Positions 10,291 to 21,742 of a stretch of DNA of 64,000 nt are shown here, one piece after another. Position numbers and translations under genes: made by a program. This stretch comes from Saccharofermentans sp. (GTDB lineage: Bacteria > Bacillota > Clostridia > Saccharofermentanales > Saccharofermentanaceae): contig JAZLGO010000029.1 of the NCBI GenBank assembly GCA_045616305.1, positions 50 to 64,049 on the forward strand. The letters are read 5' to 3'. Below the pieces are notes generated by a model that saw only the letters and a list, made by a program, of their open reading frames with translations, was not told the origin of the DNA and did not search any database. How positions within the stretch are numbered: position 1 is the first letter of the stretch; every line of letters begins with the position of its first letter.

Positions 10291-10318
10291 AAAGGCTTGG
10301 ATTTATCCAAGCCTTTTT
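10291..10318 (+). terminator. Rho-independent terminator
   Basis: AAAGGCTTGGAT-tt-ATCCAAGCCTTTTT. Confidence 0.85.
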
Positions 10319-10417
10319 GCTACCCGAAATTTTCATAAAAATATTCGCGTTAAAGCCCATGGTTAAGGGATTCTAAATAAAGAAATTAAAAAAAATGATT
10401 TTTTTTGAAAAAACATG

Positions 10418-10446
10418 TTGACACAACACGTATGATTGGTTATAAT
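10418..10446 (+). promoter_or_regulatory. Consensus sigma-A promoter of the tRNA operon
   Basis: Perfect TTGACA-17-TATAAT with A/T tracts upstream. Confidence 0.85.
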
Positions 10447-10489
10447 CTCTTTGCACTTCGAAAAGGGGTGCAGCCCAGTAAAACAATGT

Positions 10490-10565
10490 GGAAGCTTAGC
10501 TCAGCTGGGAGAGCATCTGCCTTACAAGCAGAGGGTCACAGGTTCGAGCCCTGTAGTTTCCACCA
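10490..10565 (+). tRNA. tRNA-Val (TAC)
   Basis: Cloverleaf, anticodon loop CTTACAA, CCA. Confidence 0.96.
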
Positions 10566-10569
10566 TAAT

Positions 10570-10647
10570 GGCGCAGTAGTTCAGTTGGTTTAGAATGCCA
10601 GCCTGTCACGCTGGAGGTCGAGGGTTCGAGCCCCTTCTGCGTCGCCA
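10570..10647 (+). tRNA. tRNA-Asp (GTC)
   Basis: Cloverleaf, anticodon loop CTGTCAC, CCA. Confidence 0.96.
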
Positions 10648-10679
10648 GTTGTCGGTCCTGTGAAGGACCGATTACTTTT

Positions 10680-10755
10680 GCCCAGATAGCTCAGTCGGTA
10701 GAGCAGGGGACTGAAAATCCCCGTGTCGATGGTTCGATTCCGTCTCTGGGCACCA
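10680..10755 (+). tRNA. tRNA-Phe (GAA)
   Basis: Cloverleaf, anticodon loop CTGAAAA, CCA. Confidence 0.96.
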
Positions 10756-10757
10756 AC

Positions 10758-10789
10758 AAGCATCGCTTTAGGGCGGTGCTTTTTGTTTT
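10758..10789 (+). terminator. Rho-independent terminator after the tRNA cluster
   Basis: AAGCATCGC...GCGGTGCTT plus T-run. Confidence 0.75.
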
Positions 10790-10909
10790 CCTTGTTATTT
10801 TTGCAAATTTGCACCAATATAAATGCTTTTTTCTCTTCATGACTAGTGTTATTTTATTAAGCATTTGATATAATTACTACGTTAATTTTTTATACGCATG
10901 GAGTTTGCT

Positions 10910-13702
10910 ATGAACGAAGAGAAAAGTTTATTTTATACACACAGCTCTGAAGAGGCTGTAAGTTTTTTTAGCAGTGATGTTTCCAAAGGACTTTCTTCTG
11001 ATGATGCATCAGAACGTCTTGGGAAGTATGGCCCTAATTCACTGGGTGAGGAAAAGAAAACACCGTTATGGAAAAAATTTCTTGCACAGTTTTGTGATGC
11101 AATGGTTTTTGTATTGATCGGTGCAGCTGTTTTATCTGCAATAATGGCTGTTATGAATAACGAAGGAATCGAAGGTTGGATTGATGTATTCGTCATTCTT
11201 GCAATTGTTATTTTAAATGCCATTCTCGGTGTTTATCAGGAAGGTAAAGCTGATGAGGCACTTGCAGCCCTCAAGAAGATGAGTTCTCCTCAGGCTAAGG
11301 TTATCAGAGACGGCAAGATTATTATGACTGATTCCGAGAAGCTTGTTCCGGGTGATATAGTTTCACTTGATGCCGGTGATTCAGTGGCTGCTGATATCAG
11401 ATTAATTACCTCCAGTTCCCTTAAGGTAGAGGAAGCTTCACTTACAGGTGAGTCTGTTCCGGTTGAAAAGGAAGCTGATTGTGTTTTATCTGCTGATGCA
11501 ACTATCGGCGATCGTAAGAATATGCTGTATATGGGTACGGCTCTTACGTACGGAAGAGCTAAAGGTATTGTAGTAGCTACAGGTAAAAATACAGAACTTG
11601 GTAAGATTGCCGATAAGCTTACAAACATTAAGGATGAAGTTACACCGCTTCAGAAGAATTTGAATTCTCTCGGTAAAATACTTGCTGTTGTTTGTCTTGT
11701 TGTCTGTGTAATTGTGTTTATAGTAGGTGTAACAGTTAACGGCAATATACACGATAATTGGCAGGATGCATTGATGACAGCAGTTTCACTTGCGGTAGCA
11801 GCTATTCCGGAAGGACTTGCTGCAGTGGTTACGATTGTTCTTGCAATAGGCATGACAAAGATGGCTACAAAGAACGCTGTAGTAAAGCGTCTTCTTGCAG
11901 TTGAGACACTTGGATGTGTGGATGTTATTTGTACAGATAAGACAGGTACGCTTACCCAAAATCAGATGACAGTAAAGGTGCTTTTTGATGGTGATAAGCT
12001 TATTAATGTTGAAGGTAACGGATATGCTCCTCAGGGAAGACTTACTGATGCAAACGGTGATTTGGCAGGTACTGATACTAAAACAAAAGAGCTTATCAGA
12101 GCTGCTGTTCTTTGTAATGATGCTTCGATAGTTGAGAACGAAGACGGACAGTATTCCTGCATCGGTGATCCGACCGAGGGTGCGTTAACTACGCTCGGTG
12201 CTAAGTGTAATTTGCACAGAGAGAAGGCGATGGACGAGTATAAGCGAATTTGTGAATTGCCTTTTGATTCTGACAGAAAGATGATGACTACTTACCATAC
12301 CGGAATAGTTGAAGGAAAGGTTAAGTCATATACAAAAGGTGCGCCGGATATTGTTTTATCCAGATGTAAGAAGTACTTTGACGGTGAGAATGAGGTAGAT
12401 ATAACTTCTGAATATATGCAGAAAATCATGGATCAGAATCATGAGTTTGCATGCAAGGCAATACGTGTTTTGGCATTTGGTTATCGTATACATAATGAAG
12501 GTGTTGAAGCTTCATTTGACCACGAGAAAGATTTGGTATTTGTCGGACTTATCGGAATGATTGATCCGGCAAGAGAAGAAGCTAAAACCGCTATTGCAAA
12601 GTGTAAGAAGGCGGGAATCAGAACAGTTATGATTACCGGTGACTATAAGGATACTGCTGTTGCAATCGGTAATGATTTGAAGATGATGGATAACGAGGCC
12701 GGCGCTATGTCAGGCAGTGAATTAGATGCAATAAGTGATGAAGAATTACGAGTTAAGTGCGAGAATACAAATGTTTATGCGAGAGTATCTCCTGAACACA
12801 AGGTGAGAATTGTCTCTGCATTAAAGGCTAATAATCATATTGCTTCTATGACAGGTGACGGTGTTAACGATGCAATGGCTCTTAAGTCTGCTGATATCGG
12901 TGTAGCAATGGGAATTACGGGAACGGATGTTGCAAAGAATTCAGCTGATATGATTCTTATGGATGATAATTTTGCAACAATAGTCAGCGCTGTTGAAGAA
13001 GGAAGAACAATATATGCGAATATTCGTAAGTTTGTTAATTTCCTTTTGTCATGTAATGTAGGTGAGATATTGGTTATCTTTATTATTTCCCTGATACCTA
13101 AGTCGATAATTCCGGGAATAGCTGCACCTCTTACTGCTATTCAACTTCTGTGGCTTAATCTTGTAACTGATAGTTTCCCTGCGCTTGCTTTGGGAAGAGA
13201 AAAGGCAGAGCCTGGTATAATGAATGTTCCTCCTCGAAAGAAGGATGAACCGATAATCAATAAGTCGATGAAGATAAGTGTCGCTGTTCAGGCTTGTGCA
13301 ATTTTCTTCACAGTGTTTATTGCATTTGTAACTGCATTAAAGGCTCCGGATATTTTCTTTGATATGTCGTCAGTTTCCGGTATAACCAATACGGATGTAG
13401 CAAGAACTGTAGCATTTGCTACATTAATTCTGGCCGAATTATTCAGAGCATATGCATCTCGTTCAGAGAATATTTCAGTTTTCAAATTAGGATTGTTTTC
13501 TAATAAGTTTATGAACAAATCGGTTTTTGCTTCAATAGCGCTTTTAATATTGGTTATTTATTGTCCCGGTGTAAATTCTATCTTTGATAATGTGGCTCTT
13601 GCTTCGATTTCTTGGGTAATAATAGTTTTGTTGGCTCTGATACCGTTTACTATCAGCGAAGTATTTAAATTGATAAAGAGTAAAGCTTTTAGCAAAAAAT
13701 AA
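10910..13702 (+). CDS. Cation (Ca2+-type, P2A) P-type ATPase
   Basis: LTGES, AAIPEGL, DKTGTLT, MITGD, TGDGVND and QLLWLNLVTD motifs. Confidence 0.92.
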   Translation: MNEEKSLFYTHSSEEAVSFFSSDVSKGLSSDDASERLGKYGPNSLGEEKKTPLWKKFLAQFCDAMVFVLIGAAVLSAIMAVMNNEGIEGWIDVFVILAIVILNAILGVYQEGKADEALAALKKMSSPQAKVIRDGKIIMTDSEKLVPGDIVSLDAGDSVAADIRLITSSSLKVEEASLTGESVPVEKEADCVLSADATIGDRKNMLYMGTALTYGRAKGIVVATGKNTELGKIADKLTNIKDEVTPLQKNLNSLGKILAVVCLVVCVIVFIVGVTVNGNIHDNWQDALMTAVSLAVAAIPEGLAAVVTIVLAIGMTKMATKNAVVKRLLAVETLGCVDVICTDKTGTLTQNQMTVKVLFDGDKLINVEGNGYAPQGRLTDANGDLAGTDTKTKELIRAAVLCNDASIVENEDGQYSCIGDPTEGALTTLGAKCNLHREKAMDEYKRICELPFDSDRKMMTTYHTGIVEGKVKSYTKGAPDIVLSRCKKYFDGENEVDITSEYMQKIMDQNHEFACKAIRVLAFGYRIHNEGVEASFDHEKDLVFVGLIGMIDPAREEAKTAIAKCKKAGIRTVMITGDYKDTAVAIGNDLKMMDNEAGAMSGSELDAISDEELRVKCENTNVYARVSPEHKVRIVSALKANNHIASMTGDGVNDAMALKSADIGVAMGITGTDVAKNSADMILMDDNFATIVSAVEEGRTIYANIRKFVNFLLSCNVGEILVIFIISLIPKSIIPGIAAPLTAIQLLWLNLVTDSFPALALGREKAEPGIMNVPPRKKDEPIINKSMKISVAVQACAIFFTVFIAFVTALKAPDIFFDMSSVSGITNTDVARTVAFATLILAELFRAYASRSENISVFKLGLFSNKFMNKSVFASIALLILVIYCPGVNSIFDNVALASISWVIIVLLALIPFTISEVFKLIKSKAFSKK

Positions 13703-13772
13703 TTGCAAATAGTATTAGTATGTGGTATTATCTAACGGCTATTTATTATGATTTTATTTTGGAGGCATAAAA

Positions 13773-14024
13773 ATGAGTGTTATAGATATCGTGCTTTCTG
13801 TTTTGGATATAGTATTTGGTATATTGATGGTTGTTCTTTTCCTGGTTCAGGAAGGTAACGATGAAGGTATCGGTGTAATCGGCGGTTCAACTACTGATTC
13901 TTACTACAGTAAGACTAAGGGCAGATCCCTTGAGGAGAGACTTAAGAGATACACATTGATTGTTGCTGTTTGCTTTGCTGTTACTTCTGTACTTCTTTAT
14001 CTTGCAGTACAGCGTGGCTTCTGA
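13773..14024 (+). CDS. secG: Preprotein translocase subunit SecG
   Basis: 83 aa, two TMs, LVQEG...GIGVIGG linker, L-x-R-x-T; promoter TTGCAA-17-TATTAT at 13703-13731. Confidence 0.8.
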   Translation: MSVIDIVLSVLDIVFGILMVVLFLVQEGNDEGIGVIGGSTTDSYYSKTKGRSLEERLKRYTLIVAVCFAVTSVLLYLAVQRGF

Positions 14025-14044
14025 TTTTTATTATCGTATAACTT

Positions 14045-14072
14045 AAGGCTGTCCTGACGGGCAGCCTTTTTT
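14045..14072 (+). terminator. Terminator between convergent secG and GT2
   Basis: AAGGCTGTCC-tgac-GGGCAGCCTT plus T-run. Confidence 0.8.
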
Positions 14073-14095
14073 GTGCAATAATTCATTTAATTATA

Positions 14096-15043
14096 TCAAT
14101 CAATATTGGATTCGCCTTCGATATATATCGGTCTGTGTTTGACTTCAATATATATTTTACCTATGTATTCACCTAATATACCAAGCGCCATGAGAATTAA
14201 TCCGCCGATGAAGAGAATAAAGCAAAGAAGTGACGGATAACCCGGAACTTCATTATATATCTTTAAAATAATTGCTCTGACAAAGTAATAAAGCATATAT
14301 ATAAATGCTGCAAATGCTGAAGAAAAACCGCAGTAAGTGGCTAAACGCATTGGCGCAGTGGTAAAGGTTACTATACCGTCGATAGCATACTTAAATAATT
14401 TCCAAAAAGACCATTTTGTTTCTCCGGCCACGCGTTCAACATTTTCATGTTCTATCCAATTGGTTCTGAATCCAACCCATGAGAATATACCCTTTGAGAA
14501 TCTTTGACGTTCCGTTACCTTAAGAATTGCATCAACTACATTACGCTTCATGAGTCTGAAATCTCTGGCTCCGTCAGCAATTTCGATTTCACACATTTTG
14601 TTGATTAACTTATAAAACATTCTTGCAAAAAAACTTCTGATTTTAGGTTCGCCTACGCGTGTTACCCGTCTGGCTGCAATAATATCGCATTCATCATTAT
14701 CCAAGGCTTTTATCATTTGTGGGATAAGAGAAGGCGGATCTTGCATATCTGCATCCAGTATTGCCACATAATCACCCTTGGACTTTTCAAGACCTGCATA
14801 CATAGCTGCTTCTTTTCCAAAGTTTCTTGAAAATGAAATAAATTTTACAACAGAATTATCGGAGGCAAATGATTTAATTACTTCCAAAGTTTTATCTGAA
14901 CTGCCGTCATTGACAAAAATATATTCAAAATTTTTATCTGCATCAATCTTTCTGACTTCAGATGAGACTGCTTGAAGTGCTGAATATAATGTTGGGAGAG
15001 ACTCTTCCTCATTGTAGCAAGGAATAATAAGACTTATCAGCAT
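14096..15043 (-). CDS. GT2 polyprenol-phosphate glycosyltransferase (CsbB/GtrB/YkoT-like)
   Basis: IIPCYNEE, NDGSSD, SRNFGKEAA, DADMQDPP, DFRLM, R-x-AGETKWS and two C-terminal TMs. Confidence 0.9.
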   Translation of the reverse strand: MLISLIIPCYNEEESLPTLYSALQAVSSEVRKIDADKNFEYIFVNDGSSDKTLEVIKSFASDNSVVKFISFSRNFGKEAAMYAGLEKSKGDYVAILDADMQDPPSLIPQMIKALDNDECDIIAARRVTRVGEPKIRSFFARMFYKLINKMCEIEIADGARDFRLMKRNVVDAILKVTERQRFSKGIFSWVGFRTNWIEHENVERVAGETKWSFWKLFKYAIDGIVTFTTAPMRLATYCGFSSAFAAFIYMLYYFVRAIILKIYNEVPGYPSLLCFILFIGGLILMALGILGEYIGKIYIEVKHRPIYIEGESNID

Positions 15044-15124
15044 ATGATACTCCTAATATAGTAATAGTTAGTATTTAGTATTATAATACAAATGTTATTT
15101 TTTACACAATCTTGGGAGATAAAT

Positions 15125-18100
15125 ATGCGAGAAACTCAACAACTGAAACTTGAAAAAAAGAAAAATAAAAAAATTAGTTTTTATCCTCTTATATCCTTTG
15201 TTATCAGTACTCTTTGCTTCATATATATTTTTATTCGCAATAATGTTTCACCTTTTGGGGATTACAGTTTTTTTTATTCAGATCTTCAAGCACAGTATGC
15301 GCCTTTCCTTCTTTTGTGGAAAGATCATCTTTCAAAAATAAATTTATTTGATTTGGCTTCTTCGTTTTCATATTCTTCCAAATTAGGTTTTGGAAAAAAT
15401 ATGATGGGAACCATAGGTTATTATCTTTCAAGTCCGTTTAATCTTGTGATTTTTTTGTTTAAGAACTGTCAAATAGCTATGGTTGTTAACTTATTAATTA
15501 CAATTAAACTTTCTTTAGCTTCTGCCTTTATGTGCTTATTTTGCGAAAAGAGACTTAAGACATTCATGTGTGAAGATTATGTCTTTAAGTGTAGAAGTAA
15601 ATTCCCTATAGTTTTGGGTGTGATATATGCTTTTACGTCATATGTAATCATATTCGAGTTTAACATTATGTGGTTAGACGGTTACATGCTTTTACCGCTT
15701 TTACTGTATTTTTTAGAGACGTATATTGAAAAAAAAGAATACAAGTTTTTGATTCCTTTGTTGGTTTTGTTGTTTGTATCAAATTACTATATTGCTTATA
15801 TGGTAGGTTTGTTCAGTTTTTTCTACCTGTTGGTGCGTGTAGTTGAATTGGGAAAGGATGAATTATTATTTAAGCAAGGTATAAAACTTATCACAAAGTA
15901 TATAATAATTGCAATATTGTGTGCTATGGTATCCTCGGTTATATTATTGCCGGTCGCTTTAGATACCTTGAGTAATTCTGATCCTATTTCGTTTTTGGGA
16001 CGCCAAGAACGATGGTTTTCTTTTCCGATATTAAGTATTTTAAGTCAGTTTTTTCTTGGAGAAGCCGGTGGAAATGAATTTTTGATGAATAACTTGCCTT
16101 TGATTTTCTCAAGTATTTTGGTAACTTCTACAACATTTATATACTTCATTTCAAGATGTTTTGAAAGACGTATCAAAATTATTCGTTTATCGGCAATATT
16201 GTTCTTTTTTATATCTCTTTATATTACGAAATTAAATGTAGTTTTTCATGCATTTGATGATCCGAATTGGTTTTCACACAGATTTGCTTTTGTAATATAT
16301 CCGCTGATGTTTATAATTTGTCTTGAGGTAATTACAAAAATCAAAGAGATCGGTTATCGAAATGTAATATATGTAGGTGCTTTTTTGGCTCTTCTTTTGT
16401 GTTTTGTATATTTGAATAAAGAAATAGCTTATGAGACTGAAGATTTTCTATACAGTATTGCATTCATTATAGTTTATACACTGATTTTGTGTTTGCTGAA
16501 AAAAGAAAAATGGAACAATCAATTAAAAGATATGTCAAAAATCTTGCCGTGCGTATTATCTGTAATTATGGTTGTTGAGACTGCCAGTGTTAATGAAACA
16601 CTTATAAATCAGAGCTTCTTCAGACCGTGTTTAAATGATGCTATTTATTCTGAATCGATAGACATAATGACAAACCTCAAGACTGACGTCGAGAAAGGAA
16701 GTGCAGGTTTTAGATCTGAATATATTTATGGCAACGTGAAGAGAAAAGACGGTGATGTTATCGGCCCTGAGGCAGATATGTGCGCTAACGTTAACGGAGG
16801 TTCTTTATTCAGCAGTGTATCTAATAAACATATGACAAGATTTCTGAAGCAACTCGGATATAAAGTTAACTATAATTATTTTCTTTTCTATTACAACTAT
16901 TTATTGCCTTCTAATGATGCATTTTTTTCAATGGGAAAATTTATGACTATGGATGACTATTCTGTTTTGCCGATCACTACTGAATATCCGGTTATATCTT
17001 CGCAAAACAGCACAGAATATGGTGATAAAGGCATAAGTTATAATCTCTATGAGAATGACAGAGTATTTTCATTGGCATTCCCGGTAGATGCGAATGCCAA
17101 TGATTTTGATTTTTATAGTTTGGAAAATGATATTGGTGATAAAAACTATTTTGTATTTAATGAAGCGTGGTATTCATCGTTATTTCCGTATGCATTTAAT
17201 ACGGATTATTTAGATTTGATAGATACGTCTTGTATAGAAGGTCCGATAATTGAAGACGGTATTATGTATGTCGGAGCAGATGAAGAAAAGGGTGTTCAGT
17301 TGCGTTCAGATATCACTGACTCAGTAGGTAGTGAAGATATTTCCGGTAATTTTGATAATGTAATAAACTTTTTGAAAAAAGATGATGAGGAAATCAAATC
17401 GGCAAAAGTATATTATAAAGTTAAAATGCCTGAGGATGGCGAGCTTTATATGAATATTTCTTTTCCTAAAATCTGCTTTTCTTATACTTTTACTTATGAT
17501 AAAGGAGAAATCGGCGGAGTAGATGACTATTCGCAAGTAAACAGACTTGGTTTTTATAAGAAGGATGATATTGTCAGCTTAGAGTTGGAGATTCCTACAG
17601 GTTTAGCAATCAACAATATTAATTTTGCAGTATTCGATGATGAGACATTTAACAGTCAGTTTGATAAAATAGATACCTCCGCTGTTGAAATGACACATTT
17701 TACAAATGGACATGCAGAATTTACAGTTGATACTTCAAAGCTGAATAATAATAATTCGTTGATTCTTACAACTATCCCTTTCGAGAACGGGTGGACATGC
17801 TATGTAGACGGAGAAGAGACTGAAATAGTTCCGTATCAGGATGCATTTATTGCTGTGAGAATGAATGATAATGATGGAGAAATACATAAAGTAGAACTGA
17901 AGTTCTGTGCTCCGGGATTGATAACGGGTGCATATATTTCACTTATTGGAATAGTTTTGATTGCTATATTAGGTATTTATGATAAACTCTTTAAGAATAA
18001 GAAAAAAAAGGAAAGTATTGCAGAAAACGATAAAAACGAAAAATTTAACAATGTTAACAGAGGTGAAAGTATGAATTATAAGGATTTTTACGAAGTATGG

Positions 18101-19852
18101 AGCAAGGACAGTTTCTTTAATGAATCAACAAGAAATGAGCTTCTTTCAATTAAGGATGATGACAAGGAAATAGAAGAAAGATTTTACAAAAACTTGGAAT
18201 TCGGTACAGGAGGACTTCGCGGTATTATAGGCGCCGGTACTAATCGAATGAATATCTATACTGTAGCAAAGGCTTCTGCAGGACTTGCTCAGTATATTAT
18301 TGCAAACGGTGAAGAAGCGATGAAGAAGGGTGTAGTTGTTTCATTTGATTCCAGACACTTCTCTCCTGAGTTTGCAGAAATTACAGCTTGTACTTTGGCT
18401 GCATACGGAATAACAGTTCATCTTTCCGACGAGTTAAGACCGGTTCCTATGTTGTCTTATTCTGTAAGATATTTTGGTGCATTTGCAGGTGTAATGGTTA
18501 CAGCTTCTCATAATCCTCCAAAGTACAACGGATATAAGGTTTACGGTGAAGACGGCGGACAGGTTACAACTGAGGCTGCAGCAGCTATTCTTGCTAATAT
18601 TGAGAAATTTGACGATGTAAGAACTGTTAAGACAATGTCGTTGGATGATGCGATGAATAAAGGACTTGTTACTAAGTTTGGTGAAGAGGTTGATAAAGCA
18701 TATACCAAGATGCTTACCGAGCTTGTTATTGATAAAGCTGCTATTGACAGACAGAAAGATATGAGTATTGTTTATACTCCGCTTCACGGCTCAGGAAATA
18801 AGCCGGTAAGAAGAATTCTCGGTGAGATTGGATTTGAAAATGTACATGTAGTTCCTGAGCAGGAAAAGCCGGATGGAAGTTTTCCTACAGTAAAAACTCC
18901 GAATCCTGAAGATCCTGCAGCTCTTACAATGGGTATAGCGTTGGCCGAGAAGGTAGGAGCATCAATTGTTGTAGGTACTGATCCTGATTCCGATCGTGTA
19001 GGAGTTGCTGCCAAGACTACCGAGAATGGCAAGACTGTATATAAGACATTCACCGGTAATCAGATGGGTATAATGCTTCTCGATTATATTTTAAATTCAA
19101 AGAAGGAAGCAGGAAATCTTCCGGATAATTCTTTTGCTGTTACTACAATAGTATCTACCAAGCTTGCAGGTGCAATTTGCAAGGATTACGGTGTAGAACT
19201 TCAAGAGGTTCTTACAGGCTTTAAGTTCATCGGAGAGAGAATTAAAATTGATGACGAGTTTGGAGATAAACACTTCCAGTTTGGATTTGAGGAAAGCTAT
19301 GGATATCTTTCGGGTCTTAATGTCAGAGATAAGGATGCGGTTGTTGCAACAATGCTTATCTGTGGTATGGCTGCTCAGAGTTTTGATAAGGGTGAGACCT
19401 TGTTTGACAGACTTGAAAGAGTTTACAAGAAGTATGGTTATGGTTTTGAATCAGCTGTAAGCTTTACACTTGAGGGTAAGGAAGGCCTTGAGAAGATAGG
19501 AAATTGTATGGCTGAAATGCGCAAAGAACTTGAAAATGCCAAGAATTCTTCTGATGCCGACAAGCTTATCGGAGTCAGCGGCGTAAAAGCAGCCAGAGAT
19601 TATGCTTCCTCAATCAGATATGAATTCTCAGATTCTGTTTCCGAAGGAACAATAAATCTTATTAAGTCAAATGTTCTTCTTTATGAACTCGGAGGTAATA
19701 AGGGACTTGATTGGGCTTGTGTTAGACCATCAGGAACTGAGCCTAAGCTTAAGATTTATTTTGGTTGTTACGCAGATACTGAAGATGCTGCAAAAGCAAG
19801 ATTAGAAGAAATAAAAAGTAAGATGTCAGCATATATTGAGGCTAAGCTTTGA
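15125..19852 (+). CDS. YfhO-family GT-C glycosyltransferase fused in frame to a phosphoglucomutase/phosphomannomutase (mutase moiety 18071-19852)
   Basis: N-terminal part: DLQAQYAPF, YYLSSPFN, NIMWLDG, PNWFSHRFAF, TTIPFENGW..YVDG. C-terminal part: LEFGTGGLRG, TASHNP, DPDSDR, FEESYG, RPSGTEPK. No stop between them; internal RBS AGGTG before ATG 18071. Confidence 0.85.
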   Translation: MRETQQLKLEKKKNKKISFYPLISFVISTLCFIYIFIRNNVSPFGDYSFFYSDLQAQYAPFLLLWKDHLSKINLFDLASSFSYSSKLGFGKNMMGTIGYYLSSPFNLVIFLFKNCQIAMVVNLLITIKLSLASAFMCLFCEKRLKTFMCEDYVFKCRSKFPIVLGVIYAFTSYVIIFEFNIMWLDGYMLLPLLLYFLETYIEKKEYKFLIPLLVLLFVSNYYIAYMVGLFSFFYLLVRVVELGKDELLFKQGIKLITKYIIIAILCAMVSSVILLPVALDTLSNSDPISFLGRQERWFSFPILSILSQFFLGEAGGNEFLMNNLPLIFSSILVTSTTFIYFISRCFERRIKIIRLSAILFFFISLYITKLNVVFHAFDDPNWFSHRFAFVIYPLMFIICLEVITKIKEIGYRNVIYVGAFLALLLCFVYLNKEIAYETEDFLYSIAFIIVYTLILCLLKKEKWNNQLKDMSKILPCVLSVIMVVETASVNETLINQSFFRPCLNDAIYSESIDIMTNLKTDVEKGSAGFRSEYIYGNVKRKDGDVIGPEADMCANVNGGSLFSSVSNKHMTRFLKQLGYKVNYNYFLFYYNYLLPSNDAFFSMGKFMTMDDYSVLPITTEYPVISSQNSTEYGDKGISYNLYENDRVFSLAFPVDANANDFDFYSLENDIGDKNYFVFNEAWYSSLFPYAFNTDYLDLIDTSCIEGPIIEDGIMYVGADEEKGVQLRSDITDSVGSEDISGNFDNVINFLKKDDEEIKSAKVYYKVKMPEDGELYMNISFPKICFSYTFTYDKGEIGGVDDYSQVNRLGFYKKDDIVSLELEIPTGLAINNINFAVFDDETFNSQFDKIDTSAVEMTHFTNGHAEFTVDTSKLNNNNSLILTTIPFENGWTCYVDGEETEIVPYQDAFIAVRMNDNDGEIHKVELKFCAPGLITGAYISLIGIVLIAILGIYDKLFKNKKKKESIAENDKNEKFNNVNRGESMNYKDFYEVWSKDSFFNESTRNELLSIKDDDKEIEERFYKNLEFGTGGLRGIIGAGTNRMNIYTVAKASAGLAQYIIANGEEAMKKGVVVSFDSRHFSPEFAEITACTLAAYGITVHLSDELRPVPMLSYSVRYFGAFAGVMVTASHNPPKYNGYKVYGEDGGQVTTEAAAAILANIEKFDDVRTVKTMSLDDAMNKGLVTKFGEEVDKAYTKMLTELVIDKAAIDRQKDMSIVYTPLHGSGNKPVRRILGEIGFENVHVVPEQEKPDGSFPTVKTPNPEDPAALTMGIALAEKVGASIVVGTDPDSDRVGVAAKTTENGKTVYKTFTGNQMGIMLLDYILNSKKEAGNLPDNSFAVTTIVSTKLAGAICKDYGVELQEVLTGFKFIGERIKIDDEFGDKHFQFGFEESYGYLSGLNVRDKDAVVATMLICGMAAQSFDKGETLFDRLERVYKKYGYGFESAVSFTLEGKEGLEKIGNCMAEMRKELENAKNSSDADKLIGVSGVKAARDYASSIRYEFSDSVSEGTINLIKSNVLLYELGGNKGLDWACVRPSGTEPKLKIYFGCYADTEDAAKARLEEIKSKMSAYIEAKL

Positions 19853-19918
19853 TTTTTTTGATTGCATTTTTTACCGGATCCTTTTTGGGTCCGGTTTGTT
19901 TTTAGGAATAAATGAGAT

Positions 19919-20512
19919 ATGTATGAGTTAACTTTTAACGATAAAATATTAACTGTCAATACTGATGATTCTTTGTTTTCACCTAAGGCTGCCGATAAAG
20001 GAACATTGTTCATGCTTAATCATGTTATTTTCGAAGAGAATGATATTCTCCTGGACCTTGGTTGCGGGACAGGCATAGTATCGCTTTGTGCAGCTGCTTC
20101 AGGAGTCAATCCTTGTAATATTACTCTTACGGATGTAGATGCAAAGGCAGTAGATTGTTCAAGAAAGAATATGGAGATTAATGGATTTGACGGAGCAAGC
20201 TATGTTTGTGATTATGCTTTGAGAGGTGTAACGACAACCGGTTTTACAAAGATTCTGTCCAATCCGCCGTATCATACTGATTTTGCTGTAGCTAAGGAAT
20301 TTATTTGTAAGGGATTTAACCGACTTTCTGTAGGCGGGAAGATGTATATGGTAACCAAACGTAAGGATTGGTATAAGAATAAAATAACTTCAGTTTTCGG
20401 TGGCGTAAAAATATATGAGAGTCAAGACGGATACTATGTGTTTGAGGCAGAAAAACGTTCAATGACTTTCGCAGGAAAGAAAAAAACTGCTAATAAGCAC
20501 TCCGGGAAATAG
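19919..20512 (+). CDS. Class I SAM-dependent methyltransferase (RsmC-like small domain)
   Basis: LFSP..ADKGT, LDLGCGTG, LSNPPYH. Confidence 0.8.
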   Translation: MYELTFNDKILTVNTDDSLFSPKAADKGTLFMLNHVIFEENDILLDLGCGTGIVSLCAAASGVNPCNITLTDVDAKAVDCSRKNMEINGFDGASYVCDYALRGVTTTGFTKILSNPPYHTDFAVAKEFICKGFNRLSVGGKMYMVTKRKDWYKNKITSVFGGVKIYESQDGYYVFEAEKRSMTFAGKKKTANKHSGK

Positions 20513-20553
20513 ATTTGTTTTTGTTTAATAAGTAAGTGTGTTTTATTCACTAA

Positions 20554-21639
<1,086 letters not shown>

Positions 21640-21742
21640 TTTTTGTAATGTGTTTATGGGTCGCTTGTATTTTACTTTCTGATAGTATGGGCGACCTTAT
21701 TTTTTACTAGATATTAATTCTGAGACAAAGGGTGTATCAAAG

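Noticed and set aside
10215-10755. tRNAs as integration sites for an island
   Set aside because: No integrase and no duplicated tRNA 3' end seen in the window.
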